A DNA stretch of 64,000 bases, taken from contig OZ241456.1 of assembly GCA_965200875.1 (NCBI GenBank), positions 334,588 to 398,587 on the forward strand, written 5' to 3'. A model generated the notes under the pieces. That model was not told the origin of the DNA. It was given only the letters and a program-made list of their open reading frames with translations, and ran no database searches. This document shows positions 1 to 8,001 of the stretch, piece by piece. The number at the start of each line of letters is the position of its first letter. Within the stretch, counting starts at the first letter, position 1. The position numbers and the translations under genes were made by a program. The DNA comes from Bdellovibrionales bacterium (GTDB taxonomy: Bacteria; Bdellovibrionota; Bdellovibrionia; Bdellovibrionales; UBA1609).

Positions 1-797
1 TTTAATTCCTTCAGCTTAAAGCAACATACATAACCTTTTCCACTTGGAGAGTTTTCGTTTCCAGCTGAAAGGTCCTTGTATGAAGGCGGGTACTTTGGAT
101 GTTTAGCGATTGATGAACCTATGTGGTTTGTTTGTGTTACTTTAAATTTATAATCATATATTTCGAGTGCATATTTTTGATGGGTTGTTTTTTTTAGGAG
201 GGAAACAAAGGTTTTTAAGTATTCTTCTCTTTTCTGATACGGTAGTAGCCTCCAATGAAAAACAAATATTTGTTTGATGGAAATTTTCGGAGTATTAGGA
301 TATTGGCTAAAGCTTTTATAGGCAGATTCTTTTGCAGACCATAAAGCGGAAGAAGAGGGAGCGTGGTTTAATTCCTCTTTATGGGAAATACGTAAGACTG
401 TTTTTTCACTAGCTCTTCCCCATTGTTCCAGATCAAAACCTATGCTTTGCCGGAAAGGAGCAATAATAAAACCTCCCATAAAAGTCGAGTGAGAAAGAGA
501 TATGGAGGCAAAAGAAGTTTTTGGAGGAATACCGGGCTTTAGCAATATTTTTTTTTGTTCCTGGGAAAATATACCTTTTTGATCTGAAGCTCCGAGAATG
601 GTTGATTTCAGATTTGCCGGAGTTTTTTTCAGTAGTGCTGGATTTCGCTTTTCCAGCTCGTGGAGTAAAAACCGGCGTAGTTTTTTTCTTTGTTCCATTG
701 GAGAGTTTTTTTTGTCAAAAGTCATTAAGTGGCATGTTAACTTGCAACCAAGCCTCTGGCTGTTTTTCTCCACTATGTGTTCAAGATTTTTCAACAT
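1..797 (-). CDS. 4'-phosphopantetheinyl transferase family protein (partial; 3' end runs off window start)
   Basis: Absent from the ORF track because it has no stop in the window. My minus-strand translation from the ATG at 795-797 stays open to position 1: MLKNLEHIVEKN...ISLSHSTFMGGF...IGFDLEQW...ALWSAKESAYKSF. It carries the SxSHS, GxDxE and WxxKE(S/A)xxK motifs of Sfp/AcpS-type PPTases. It starts 9 nt after the ABC permease stop. Confidence 0.6.
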   Translation of the reverse strand, partial: MLKNLEHIVEKNSQRLGCKLTCHLMTFDKKNSPMEQRKKLRRFLLHELEKRNPALLKKTPANLKSTILGASDQKGIFSQEQKKILLKPGIPPKTSFASISLSHSTFMGGFIIAPFRQSIGFDLEQWGRASEKTVLRISHKEELNHAPSSSALWSAKESAYKSFSQYPNTPKISIKQIFVFHWRLLPYQKREEYLKTFVSLLKKTTHQKYALEIYDYKFKVTQTNHIGSSIAKHPKYPPSYKDLSAGNENSPSGKGYVCCFKLKEL

Positions 798-805
798 AAA
801 CTATC

Positions 806-1603
806 TTACCAAGGTTGGTAACTTCCTTTTTTTAAAGTCCATATTGCTGCAATATGAAATAGCAGTAACCCCAATAAGGAGATCCAAAAGGCCACATTAA
901 TAGGCACATCTGAAAGCCCCAGCACTCCATAACGTACTCCGTTTATAAAATAAAGCAGTGGGTTAAAGTAAGACACTTTAATCCAAAAAGGGCTTAAGTT
1001 TTCCAGAGAAAAAAACACTCCCCCAAGGGAAATCAAAGGCAAAATAATAAACCCGCCGATAGCACTTACATGGTCAAAGCTTTTAGCCCAAAACGCCACT
1101 GCGATTCCAAGCTTGGTAAAAGCCAGTCCTCCAATGACACAAAAAAGCACAAAGTAAAAAGGATGAGCAGGGACCAACCAAGCACTTTCGTGGAAATAGT
1201 AAAAAAGCTCTCCCGAAAGCAAAACAACCAATCCCACAACCAATCCCCGGAATAACCCTCCTAGGGACATGGCCCATATAATTTGCTGGATTGTCAGCGG
1301 GGAAGCTTTAATATCCACGATTTCCCCGGTAAATTTCATACCTAATAAAGAGCTGGAACCATTTTGATAGCTGTTGTTCATACATCCCATCATCACCAAT
1401 CCGGGTATTAAAAACTCCAAATAAGATAACTCCTCTAACACCTGAATATTTTTTCCAAGGCTGACTCCAAAAATAAGCAGGTAAATGAAAGAATTAATGG
1501 CAGGAATAAAAATAGTTTGAGCGAGTACTTTGATGAATCTTTGCACTTCCCGGTAAAGCAATATGAAAAAAGGTGTCCATACCAGATCTTGTTTTTTATT
1601 CAT
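806..1603 (-). CDS. ABC-2 type transporter permease
   Basis: 265-aa polytopic membrane protein with about 6 hydrophobic segments. It lies 5 nt downstream of an ABC ATPase gene, the typical ABC-2 exporter pairing. Confidence 0.8.
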   Translation of the reverse strand: MNKKQDLVWTPFFILLYREVQRFIKVLAQTIFIPAINSFIYLLIFGVSLGKNIQVLEELSYLEFLIPGLVMMGCMNNSYQNGSSSLLGMKFTGEIVDIKASPLTIQQIIWAMSLGGLFRGLVVGLVVLLSGELFYYFHESAWLVPAHPFYFVLFCVIGGLAFTKLGIAVAFWAKSFDHVSAIGGFIILPLISLGGVFFSLENLSPFWIKVSYFNPLLYFINGVRYGVLGLSDVPINVAFWISLLGLLLFHIAAIWTLKKGSYQPW

Positions 1604-1608
1604 ATTTT

Positions 1609-2517
1609 TTAAATATCTCCTTTGTTTAGCACATATTTAAAAGCTTCTTCCAAAGTGCCTTCCCGGATTTTCATATCCAATATGTTATGGCTTTGAAAAT
1701 TTACTTCAGAAAAAAATTGTCCAATTTCTAGGGAATAGGGTACACGAAATTCCAAAATATTATCGTGGCTTTTTACAAGAGTGGGATGCACGCACTTCAT
1801 CTTGTTTTTCAGGGTGATTGTTAGATGACGGGAGGTAAGTTTTTGGACCAGTTTTTTTGTGTTTCCCTGTTTTTGGATCTGTCCTTTATGGATAATGGCC
1901 ACTCGATCACAAAGTTGTTCCGCTTCTTCCAGATAGTGTGTGGTGAATAAAATGGCCACTCCAGTTTTTTTTAATTGTAACACCTGCTCCCAAATGGAGT
2001 ATCTTAATTCCACATCCACACCGGCTGTAGGTTCATCCAGCAAGAGTAATTTTGGGGAATGCCCCAGAGCTTTGGCGATCATTAATCGACGCTTCATTCC
2101 TCCGCTGAGTTGACGAACTTTTTTATGTCTGTGTTCCCATAGTTCCAGCTGTTTCATTAATTCCGGGATTTTTTTGTTGTGGGAAAAACCATAGTAACCA
2201 GAATGAAAATTTAACACCTCAGACACATTAAAGTATCCGTGGGTAATAATCTCCTGTGGCACCACACCTGTTATGGATTTAACAGCTCTTTCGTTTTGTA
2301 TAATATTCATATCATTTATGGTGATTTTGCCTTTAGTGGATTTTTCCAAAGTGGTGATCATGGAGATGATGGAAGTTTTACCAGCTCCATTTGGGCCAAG
2401 AAGACCAAACACCTCTCCTGAGTGCACTTCAAAAGACACCTGATTGACAGCACAAAAATCGCCATAGTTTTTTACCAAGTTTTCAATTTTTAAAACAGCC
2501 ATAATTTTTTGCTCCAA
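1609..2517 (-). CDS. ABC transporter ATP-binding protein
   Basis: Walker A GPNGAGKTS, ABC signature LSGGMKRR, Walker B LLLLDEPT, H-loop TTHYLEE. Confidence 0.9.
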   Translation of the reverse strand: MEQKIMAVLKIENLVKNYGDFCAVNQVSFEVHSGEVFGLLGPNGAGKTSIISMITTLEKSTKGKITINDMNIIQNERAVKSITGVVPQEIITHGYFNVSEVLNFHSGYYGFSHNKKIPELMKQLELWEHRHKKVRQLSGGMKRRLMIAKALGHSPKLLLLDEPTAGVDVELRYSIWEQVLQLKKTGVAILFTTHYLEEAEQLCDRVAIIHKGQIQKQGNTKKLVQKLTSRHLTITLKNKMKCVHPTLVKSHDNILEFRVPYSLEIGQFFSEVNFQSHNILDMKIREGTLEEAFKYVLNKGDI

Positions 2518-2599
2518 TCTTACTTTATCTCTGGCTTTCTGGGAAGGAAATGGTTGTTTACGCTAGTCCACCGCACGCGCAATTTTTTTTAAATAAGTC

Positions 2600-2626
2600 T
2601 AAAGTCCACAAAAAACGGACCGATAA
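2600..2626 (+). promoter_or_regulatory. sigma-28 (FliA)-type promoter candidate upstream of trhO
   Basis: TAAAGTCCacaaaaaacggACCGATAA. This is TAAA-N15-(A)CCGATAA against the classical TAAA-N15-GCCGATAA consensus. It lies about 130 nt upstream of the 2758 start. Two near-identical copies occur at 10596 and 18806. Confidence 0.4.
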
Positions 2627-2757
2627 GCTAATTAATCGCTTTTTATGGCACTTTTGAGGAAAAAGAAGGGTAAAATGGACGACAATAAAGAATCCACAAA
2701 CAGTTAGTCGACTTAAAAAATAAAAAAACAACATAGGGAATCATATAAGAAGCTATA

Positions 2758-3681
2758 ATGTTTGAAAATGATAAAAATAACCCCGCTTTATATCAAATAG
2801 TGAGTTTTTATCGTTTTGTTTCTTTTCCAAAGCCCGTTTTAAAACAAATGAAGGAAACTCTGATAAAAACCGGTGCGGAAAAAAACATTGTGGGCTTGAT
2901 TCTCCTAAGTGTGGAAGGTATCAATGCCACCATTTCAGGAAATAAAGACAATGTAAATGACTATTTGCGGACAGTGGAACAGATTACGGGTATCGATAAC
3001 TTTTTTTATAAAAAATCTCCATCTCCCATTCCAGCTTTTAAAAAGTTAAGGGTAAAAGCGAAACAGCAGATTATTTCTTTTAGGAAGTCGCAAAGCGTCA
3101 CAGCGGATTTTGGATTTCATAATTTGGAACCCGATGAATGGGAGTCCTTGTTAAATGAAGAACAAGTGACTGTTTTAGATATTAGAAATGATTATGAAAT
3201 AGAAGTGGGTCAATTTAAAAGATCGAGAAATCTAAAGTTAAAAGAATTTAGTGAATTTTCTGAAAAACTCAAATCCTCCACTTTGCCTAAAGCACAAAAG
3301 ACATTGCTCTATTGCACAGGAGGCATTCGGTGTGAGAAAGCCATACTGGAAATGAAGAAACAGGGTTTTAAAGAACTGTATCAACTTAAAGGGGGTATTT
3401 TAAATTATTTAAAAACATTTCCAAACAGGAGTTTTGAAGGGGAATGTTTTGTTTTCGATCATCGTGTCGCAGTGGATCAAAACTTAAAAGCCTCCAGTAA
3501 ATATGCCCTTTGCCCTCATTGTGGCCAAGCGGGAGGAAAGACTATTGATTGTCTGCACTGTGGAAAAAAATTTAAAATCTGTAAGCACTGCTTAAAAAAA
3601 CAAATTAAATATTTAATGACTTGCACAAAAAACTGCTCGCATCATTTTCGTATGGGACATAAATGCAAAAAAGTTTTTTAA
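2758..3681 (+). CDS. trhO: rhodanese-domain protein, UPF0176/TrhO family (tRNA U34 hydroxylase)
   Basis: Active-site loop LYCTGGIRCEKA, YceA/TrhO-like N-terminal domain, and a Cys/His-rich C-terminal tail (CPHCG...CLHCG...CKHC). Confidence 0.8.
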   Translation: MFENDKNNPALYQIVSFYRFVSFPKPVLKQMKETLIKTGAEKNIVGLILLSVEGINATISGNKDNVNDYLRTVEQITGIDNFFYKKSPSPIPAFKKLRVKAKQQIISFRKSQSVTADFGFHNLEPDEWESLLNEEQVTVLDIRNDYEIEVGQFKRSRNLKLKEFSEFSEKLKSSTLPKAQKTLLYCTGGIRCEKAILEMKKQGFKELYQLKGGILNYLKTFPNRSFEGECFVFDHRVAVDQNLKASSKYALCPHCGQAGGKTIDCLHCGKKFKICKHCLKKQIKYLMTCTKNCSHHFRMGHKCKKVF

Positions 3682-3729
3682 AGGAAAAACAGTTGCATAA
3701 ACTTTGCTTTAAGTCTTAGACTAAAAAAT

Positions 3730-4653
3730 ATGTGGTTTGGAATATTAGCTTTTGTTTTTTGTTTTTCTTATTTTGCAGAAGGTGCGGATTGGTTTTCCGG
3801 GAAGAATATGACCTTGGAAGAGAAAATAAAATTGACAGAGCGTATAAGAATACAAACAGTGAAACAAAAAAACTCTTCAGCCCAAAAACATAAATATATG
3901 CGGAGCAATAATAAAAAATCATCTGTTCACTCTCCTTCTCGTTTATATGTTTCGAAAAAAGATCGTCATAATGTCAGAATGATTTTAGCTCTTCCTTTGG
4001 AAAACAGAAAACAGGCTTTATGGAATTACGGAGCACGGGGTTTTCTGGCTTTAAAGTATTTGGTGTTTTCAAAAAAAGAGCAAATGTCTGTTCGTTGGAA
4101 GGCTTTAACCAGTTTGGCGCGTTTATACCCGGAAGAGGCCCTCCCTATTTCCAGAAAGGCTCTTCGTAGTTCTGTTTGGTTCTTAAGGAATGCTGGTTTA
4201 ATAGCCATAGAGATCATAGATGTAAAAGAGAGTATTCAGAGGGCGGGGGATTTGTTGAACGATCCTTCTTTAATTGTCAGAACAGCCGCTGTTGATGTCC
4301 TTAAAAGAAATAAAGCCAGCCAGTATAAAATTCAGCTGATGGAAAAGTTAAATGCCCCTGATAGCTTTTACAAAAACAAGAGCCTTTGGATTCGTCACCA
4401 TATTGTGTCTGCTCTGGCCAGTTTTTGTGAACCCGGGGAGGAAAGAATGTTTATTGCTTTTCTTAAGGATCCGGATGAAAGATTGCATGCTTATGCTATT
4501 TCCGCTTTGGAAACATTAACAGGAAAGACATTTCGCACCACTGGCGACAAACGGAAAGTGGCTGAAAAAACACAAAAAAATAAATGGATAAGTTGGTGGA
4601 CAGAAGGTCGTTATAACTCCAAAACCCACTCTGAAATTTCCATAAAGCTCTAG
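3730..4653 (+). CDS. exported HEAT-repeat protein
   Basis: N-terminal hydrophobic signal-like segment (MWFGILAFVFCFSYFAEG). Repeated helical units of HEAT/PBS-lyase style follow (LIVRTAAVDVLKR, ERLHAYAISALETLTG). Confidence 0.5.
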   Translation: MWFGILAFVFCFSYFAEGADWFSGKNMTLEEKIKLTERIRIQTVKQKNSSAQKHKYMRSNNKKSSVHSPSRLYVSKKDRHNVRMILALPLENRKQALWNYGARGFLALKYLVFSKKEQMSVRWKALTSLARLYPEEALPISRKALRSSVWFLRNAGLIAIEIIDVKESIQRAGDLLNDPSLIVRTAAVDVLKRNKASQYKIQLMEKLNAPDSFYKNKSLWIRHHIVSALASFCEPGEERMFIAFLKDPDERLHAYAISALETLTGKTFRTTGDKRKVAEKTQKNKWISWWTEGRYNSKTHSEISIKL

Positions 4654-4666
4654 TTTTTTTCATTTT

Positions 4667-5289
4667 TTACATATCAATATTCGGTACGCCACCATAAGCT
4701 CCGGCCAAATATTTTTTAAAAATATTTTCATCATTTCTTATTCCTGGAAATTCATCTAATCTGTATACTTCACTTTCGCATTCCTGGTTTTTTTGAACTA
4801 AAAATATCTGATATTTAGAGAGCACGCTCATTAAAATCGGCGTATGTGTAGCACAAATGAGTTGAGCACCTTTTGGATTGGTTTCTTCGGAAGTAAATAA
4901 ATTAACCAAGGTTGGCAATATATTGGGATGTAAGTTGCGCTCTATTTCATCGATTAAAAACACAGAGCCTTTTTTTAAAGTTGGAAATATAAAACTTAGC
5001 AGATTGTATAAGTGTTGAGTCCCTCCTGATTCAAGAGGTAAAGGAAGCTTGAATGTTTTATCTTTACTTTTATGTATTCCATACGGGAAAAAATGTTTCT
5101 GTTTATTCCCTCTGAAAAAACAGATGACACCTTGGAGAATCGATCACCTTCATTACACAAACCAAAATGACTGGTTTTAGGGGCATTTTCATTGACCAAA
5201 AAATTCATTTTCACCTCTTCTTTAAAAGAGTAAAAATTTTTGAGTCCAATAGAGATGATTGTCATTTGAAACTCCTTTTTGCAAAACAC
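4667..5289 (-). pseudogene. decayed AAA_21/AAA_15-type ATPase (defence-island-type ATP-binding protein), frameshifted and internally deleted
   Basis: N-terminal fragment (4996-5289) begins MTIISIGLKNFYSFKEEV, typical of this family, but the Walker A GxxGxGKS/T is missing. The C-terminal fragment is in another frame. It reads upstream of its first Met as ...LPLPLESGGTQHLYNLLSFIFPTLKKGSVFLIDEIERNLHP (signature plus Walker B), then ICATHTP. Total about 200 aa against about 350-450 aa for intact members. Confidence 0.55.
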
Positions 5290-5518
5290 TATAAAACTGG
5301 TTTATTTTAGATTATTTTAACGAAAAATCTTATATTATTTATATAAATAATATATAAGCTATAATATAATCTTAATTTCAACAAAAAATCGTTAAAAGTC
5401 AACTTTTTATTGTTGATTTTTTTCCCTTAAAGGGGATTTCTCCTGTTTAATTCAGTTTTTGGGTCATAGGTAAAGGGATAATAGGGGAAAAATAAAGCTT
5501 TTTTATTGCTTTTTTATG

Positions 5519-6013
5519 TTAGCTTGCAGAAGATCTTTTATGGTGGTTGGTGATAGCTCGTTCTATATTAATTTCCCGGTGAATGCGATATAAAATGGAT
5601 CGTTCTTCCAGACCATTTGAGGGTATTCGTTTGGGGTTTTCTATAAAGCCTTTTTGAAGAAGTATCTTTTTTAAGACAGTTACTTTTACAGCAGGTCGGG
5701 ATTTGGACTTTCCTTTTATCATTTTTATATGGAGGGTGTATTTTGCGGCCGCTAAGGTGTCATTTCTTTCCACCGGGAATTTCCATATTGTTTCTACAGG
5801 AATACTTTCTGTTTTTAAATATCCTTTTTCATTGTTTTCCGCTTCTATGGGATAGTCTTCCAGAGCTAACATGGTCGCACTCCAGATTTTTTGATAATCA
5901 GCCTGGAATATTTTTGAAATCGGGTGCATAATATTAGCAACCGGGTCTTTAGTCGCGCAACCGGATAACAGGAAAACAGAAAAAAGTGAAAACACCACAT
6001 AAAATATTTTCAT
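5519..6013 (-). CDS. lipoprotein, function unknown
   Basis: Signal peptide with lipobox FLLSG|C (MKIFYVVFSLFSVFLLSGCATKD). 164 aa. Confidence 0.6.
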   Translation of the reverse strand: MKIFYVVFSLFSVFLLSGCATKDPVANIMHPISKIFQADYQKIWSATMLALEDYPIEAENNEKGYLKTESIPVETIWKFPVERNDTLAAAKYTLHIKMIKGKSKSRPAVKVTVLKKILLQKGFIENPKRIPSNGLEERSILYRIHREINIERAITNHHKRSSAS

Positions 6014-6065
6014 ACAAAGTCTCTATATTTCTCAGTTTATTTTTATCAATAAATCTCCCCTGAGA

Positions 6066-6094
6066 TTGACATATTAGTATAAAACCAAGACAAT
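6066..6094 (+). promoter_or_regulatory. sigma-70-type promoter candidate for the tRNA
   Basis: TTGACA (6066-6071), 17-nt spacer, GACAAT (6089-6094). The tRNA starts at 6115. Confidence 0.3.
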
Positions 6095-6114
6095 AGTTTG
6101 GCAATTATTATTAT

Positions 6115-6188
6115 GGCGGGGTAGCTCAGGTGGTTAGAGCAGCGGAATCATAATCCGCGTGTCGGGGGTTCAAGTCCCTCCCTCGCTA
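6115..6188 (+). tRNA. tRNA with CAU anticodon (elongator tRNA-Met; the lysidine-modified tRNA-Ile2 cannot be excluded)
   Basis: Hand-folded cloverleaf. Acceptor GGCGGGG/CCTCGCT (two G-U pairs), D arm GCTC-AGGTGGTTA-GAGC, anticodon arm GCGGA-ATCATAA-TCCGC, T arm GGGGG-TTCAAGT-CCCTC, discriminator A. CCA is not encoded. It is not initiator-like: there is no C1-A72 mismatch and no GGG/CCC anticodon stem. Confidence 0.85.
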
Positions 6189-6308
6189 CTTTACTTTAAA
6201 GTGACAACTTCCCGCTTTCGGGGTCGATCCCACTTTTGTTTTTCAAGAAAGTCTTAAAAAATTCCGATTCTTGATATAACTGGTCCAAAATATTGAGAGT
6301 ATGGAGAA

Positions 6309-8000
6309 ATGAACCGAAAAACAAATAATATACGCGCATTAAAAATCAGATCTGTTTTTTTCTGTTCTGTTTTTTTCTGTTTAGCTCTTTGGCTGGGGCT
6401 GAACTTGCTTATACGATCCGGGTCGGAAACGGAAAACACTTCCAAGAGTTTTGTTTTTGTTCGGGATCCTGCCAATGCTTTGTTTCCCGCCAGCCCCGCT
6501 GTGATACCAGCCGGTACACAAATGATGATACCTCCTTGGGTGTTGCAACAATACCACCTAAGTCCGCAAAATTCTCTGTATGGGGACCCTTTAAATTTTT
6601 TGATATATAACTATGGCAAATCTGCTCCTTCTGTTGATAACGAAGATGAAGATGACATATATGTTCCTCTCACACGTTATAAAAGTGAAAATTACTATCG
6701 GGGTTATGATGATTATGATGATGACGATTATTATGATCGTGGAAGAGATGATACAGTTATGATGTCTGTAACTCATTTGCAGGTAGCACCTGATTCCGCA
6801 CCGGGAGGAGCAGAGCCACCGGGAGCAGGGTTCGCACCGGGAGCAGAGCCACTGGGAGGAGCAGAAAGTCCACCAGCAGAGGACGAAAAACCACAAGGCC
6901 CAAATGGCCCTGTTTTTGTTACGACAGAATCTGTTGATACCAGTCAAGTTCCTGAGACTCCTGCACTTCGCCCGGAGGAGAATTTATCTGCTACATATCC
7001 TGCCACTTGTGATACCACTGATGATGCTTTGTCAGATACAGAAGCGTCTGCACCTTGTGTGAATTGCGAGGATCAGCAACAGGGTTTTTTAACTCAAGTT
7101 GGAAAAGAGGTGAATAGAATTGCAAGAGGAAAAAAATTTCCATTAGTCATAAGAAAAATTTGTGACAAATGTTCTCAAGTGGATATAAATGATTTAGTGG
7201 GATATATGGAACAAAGATCCAAGAGTGAAAATGTGCCTCCAGAAATTATGTTTGCTATTATGCTTCGTGAATCCAATGGAGATTGCGATGTGAGCGGGGA
7301 TAGTGATACCAGTTTTGGTTTATTTCAACTCAATGTAAAAAACAGCTCGAAACTTAGGGTTTGTGAAGCCAATGAATTAAAAAATCAAACTGCAAGCGCA
7401 CAAAAAACAGCCTGTAAAAATGGTGCTTATAGAAAAAATTCTAACTATGAAAATGTGCAGTATAAGAGTCAAGGAGGTCCAGATTTTAATCAAAGGCCAA
7501 GTATTGGAGTAAATGTGTGTTTAAATAACCCTTATTGTAACTTTGAGGAGGCTTTGCATTTGTTGAAAGGGGAAAAGTGGCAAATAGGAAATAATAGAGG
7601 AGAGAGAGACAGGAGCAAGCACAAGCAAAAACCTCGCGGAAAAAGCTGGCAGGAAATGAGTGGAGAAGAAAGAAATCTATGGAGAAACGCTATTATTGCC
7701 TATAATGGAGATTATTATCATTGGCAAGCTAAGGGGGCTATGGAGAGTGCTCAAGTGTCTGCTGAGCATTTTGATGATTGGGAGCGAAAACGAATATATT
7801 TTTTGCGACAATATTTGAATATTGGAAACCGAAATAATAAAACTGATTCGCAAAACCGCCAAGCGCAAAAAAATCTCATCCATAATCTGGCTTATGTGGA
7901 AAGAATTACGGGCCGGGAAGCACGCGGGGGTTTGGTGGGCTCTTCTATCTGCCAGTGGACTAAATTCAGAACAGAAAATGCAAAACTATCCTGCAACTGA
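6309..8000 (+). CDS. secreted protein with acidic/low-complexity linker and C-terminal lytic transglycosylase (SLT-like) domain
   Basis: N-terminal hydrophobic signal. Asp/Tyr-rich stretch YYRGYDDYDDDDYYDRGRDD. APGGAEPPGAGFAPGAEPLGGAE repeats. SLT family-1 motifs IMLRESNGD (catalytic Glu-Ser), FGLFQLN and IIAYNGDYY. Confidence 0.7.
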   Translation: MNRKTNNIRALKIRSVFFCSVFFCLALWLGLNLLIRSGSETENTSKSFVFVRDPANALFPASPAVIPAGTQMMIPPWVLQQYHLSPQNSLYGDPLNFLIYNYGKSAPSVDNEDEDDIYVPLTRYKSENYYRGYDDYDDDDYYDRGRDDTVMMSVTHLQVAPDSAPGGAEPPGAGFAPGAEPLGGAESPPAEDEKPQGPNGPVFVTTESVDTSQVPETPALRPEENLSATYPATCDTTDDALSDTEASAPCVNCEDQQQGFLTQVGKEVNRIARGKKFPLVIRKICDKCSQVDINDLVGYMEQRSKSENVPPEIMFAIMLRESNGDCDVSGDSDTSFGLFQLNVKNSSKLRVCEANELKNQTASAQKTACKNGAYRKNSNYENVQYKSQGGPDFNQRPSIGVNVCLNNPYCNFEEALHLLKGEKWQIGNNRGERDRSKHKQKPRGKSWQEMSGEERNLWRNAIIAYNGDYYHWQAKGAMESAQVSAEHFDDWERKRIYFLRQYLNIGNRNNKTDSQNRQAQKNLIHNLAYVERITGREARGGLVGSSICQWTKFRTENAKLSCN

Positions 8001-8001
8001 T

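Noticed and set aside
521-900. Plus-strand ORFs 521-799 and 598-900.
   Set aside because: They overlap a minus-strand frame that is open from 797 to the window edge and carries PPTase motifs. The plus-strand translations are Phe-rich artefacts of A-runs on the coding strand.
2644-2665. TGGCAC in the trhO upstream region as a possible sigma-54 -24 element.
   Set aside because: There is no GC-containing -12 element at the required spacing. The sequence reads TGGCACTTTTGAGGAA.
3716-3922. 68-aa minus-strand ORF overlapping the start of the HEAT-repeat gene.
   Set aside because: It is hydrophobic low-complexity sequence antisense to a better-supported gene, with no RBS.
6189-6308. I looked for a duplicated tRNA 3' end or att site, and for a second tRNA fragment (GGGGTCGATCCCAC), just downstream of tRNA-Met.
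   Set aside because: Only a 4-bp hairpin (CCCG-cttt-CGGG) and a vague T-arm-like string are present. I could not find a repeat of the tRNA 3' end elsewhere in the window. An island boundary therefore cannot be defined from sequence alone.
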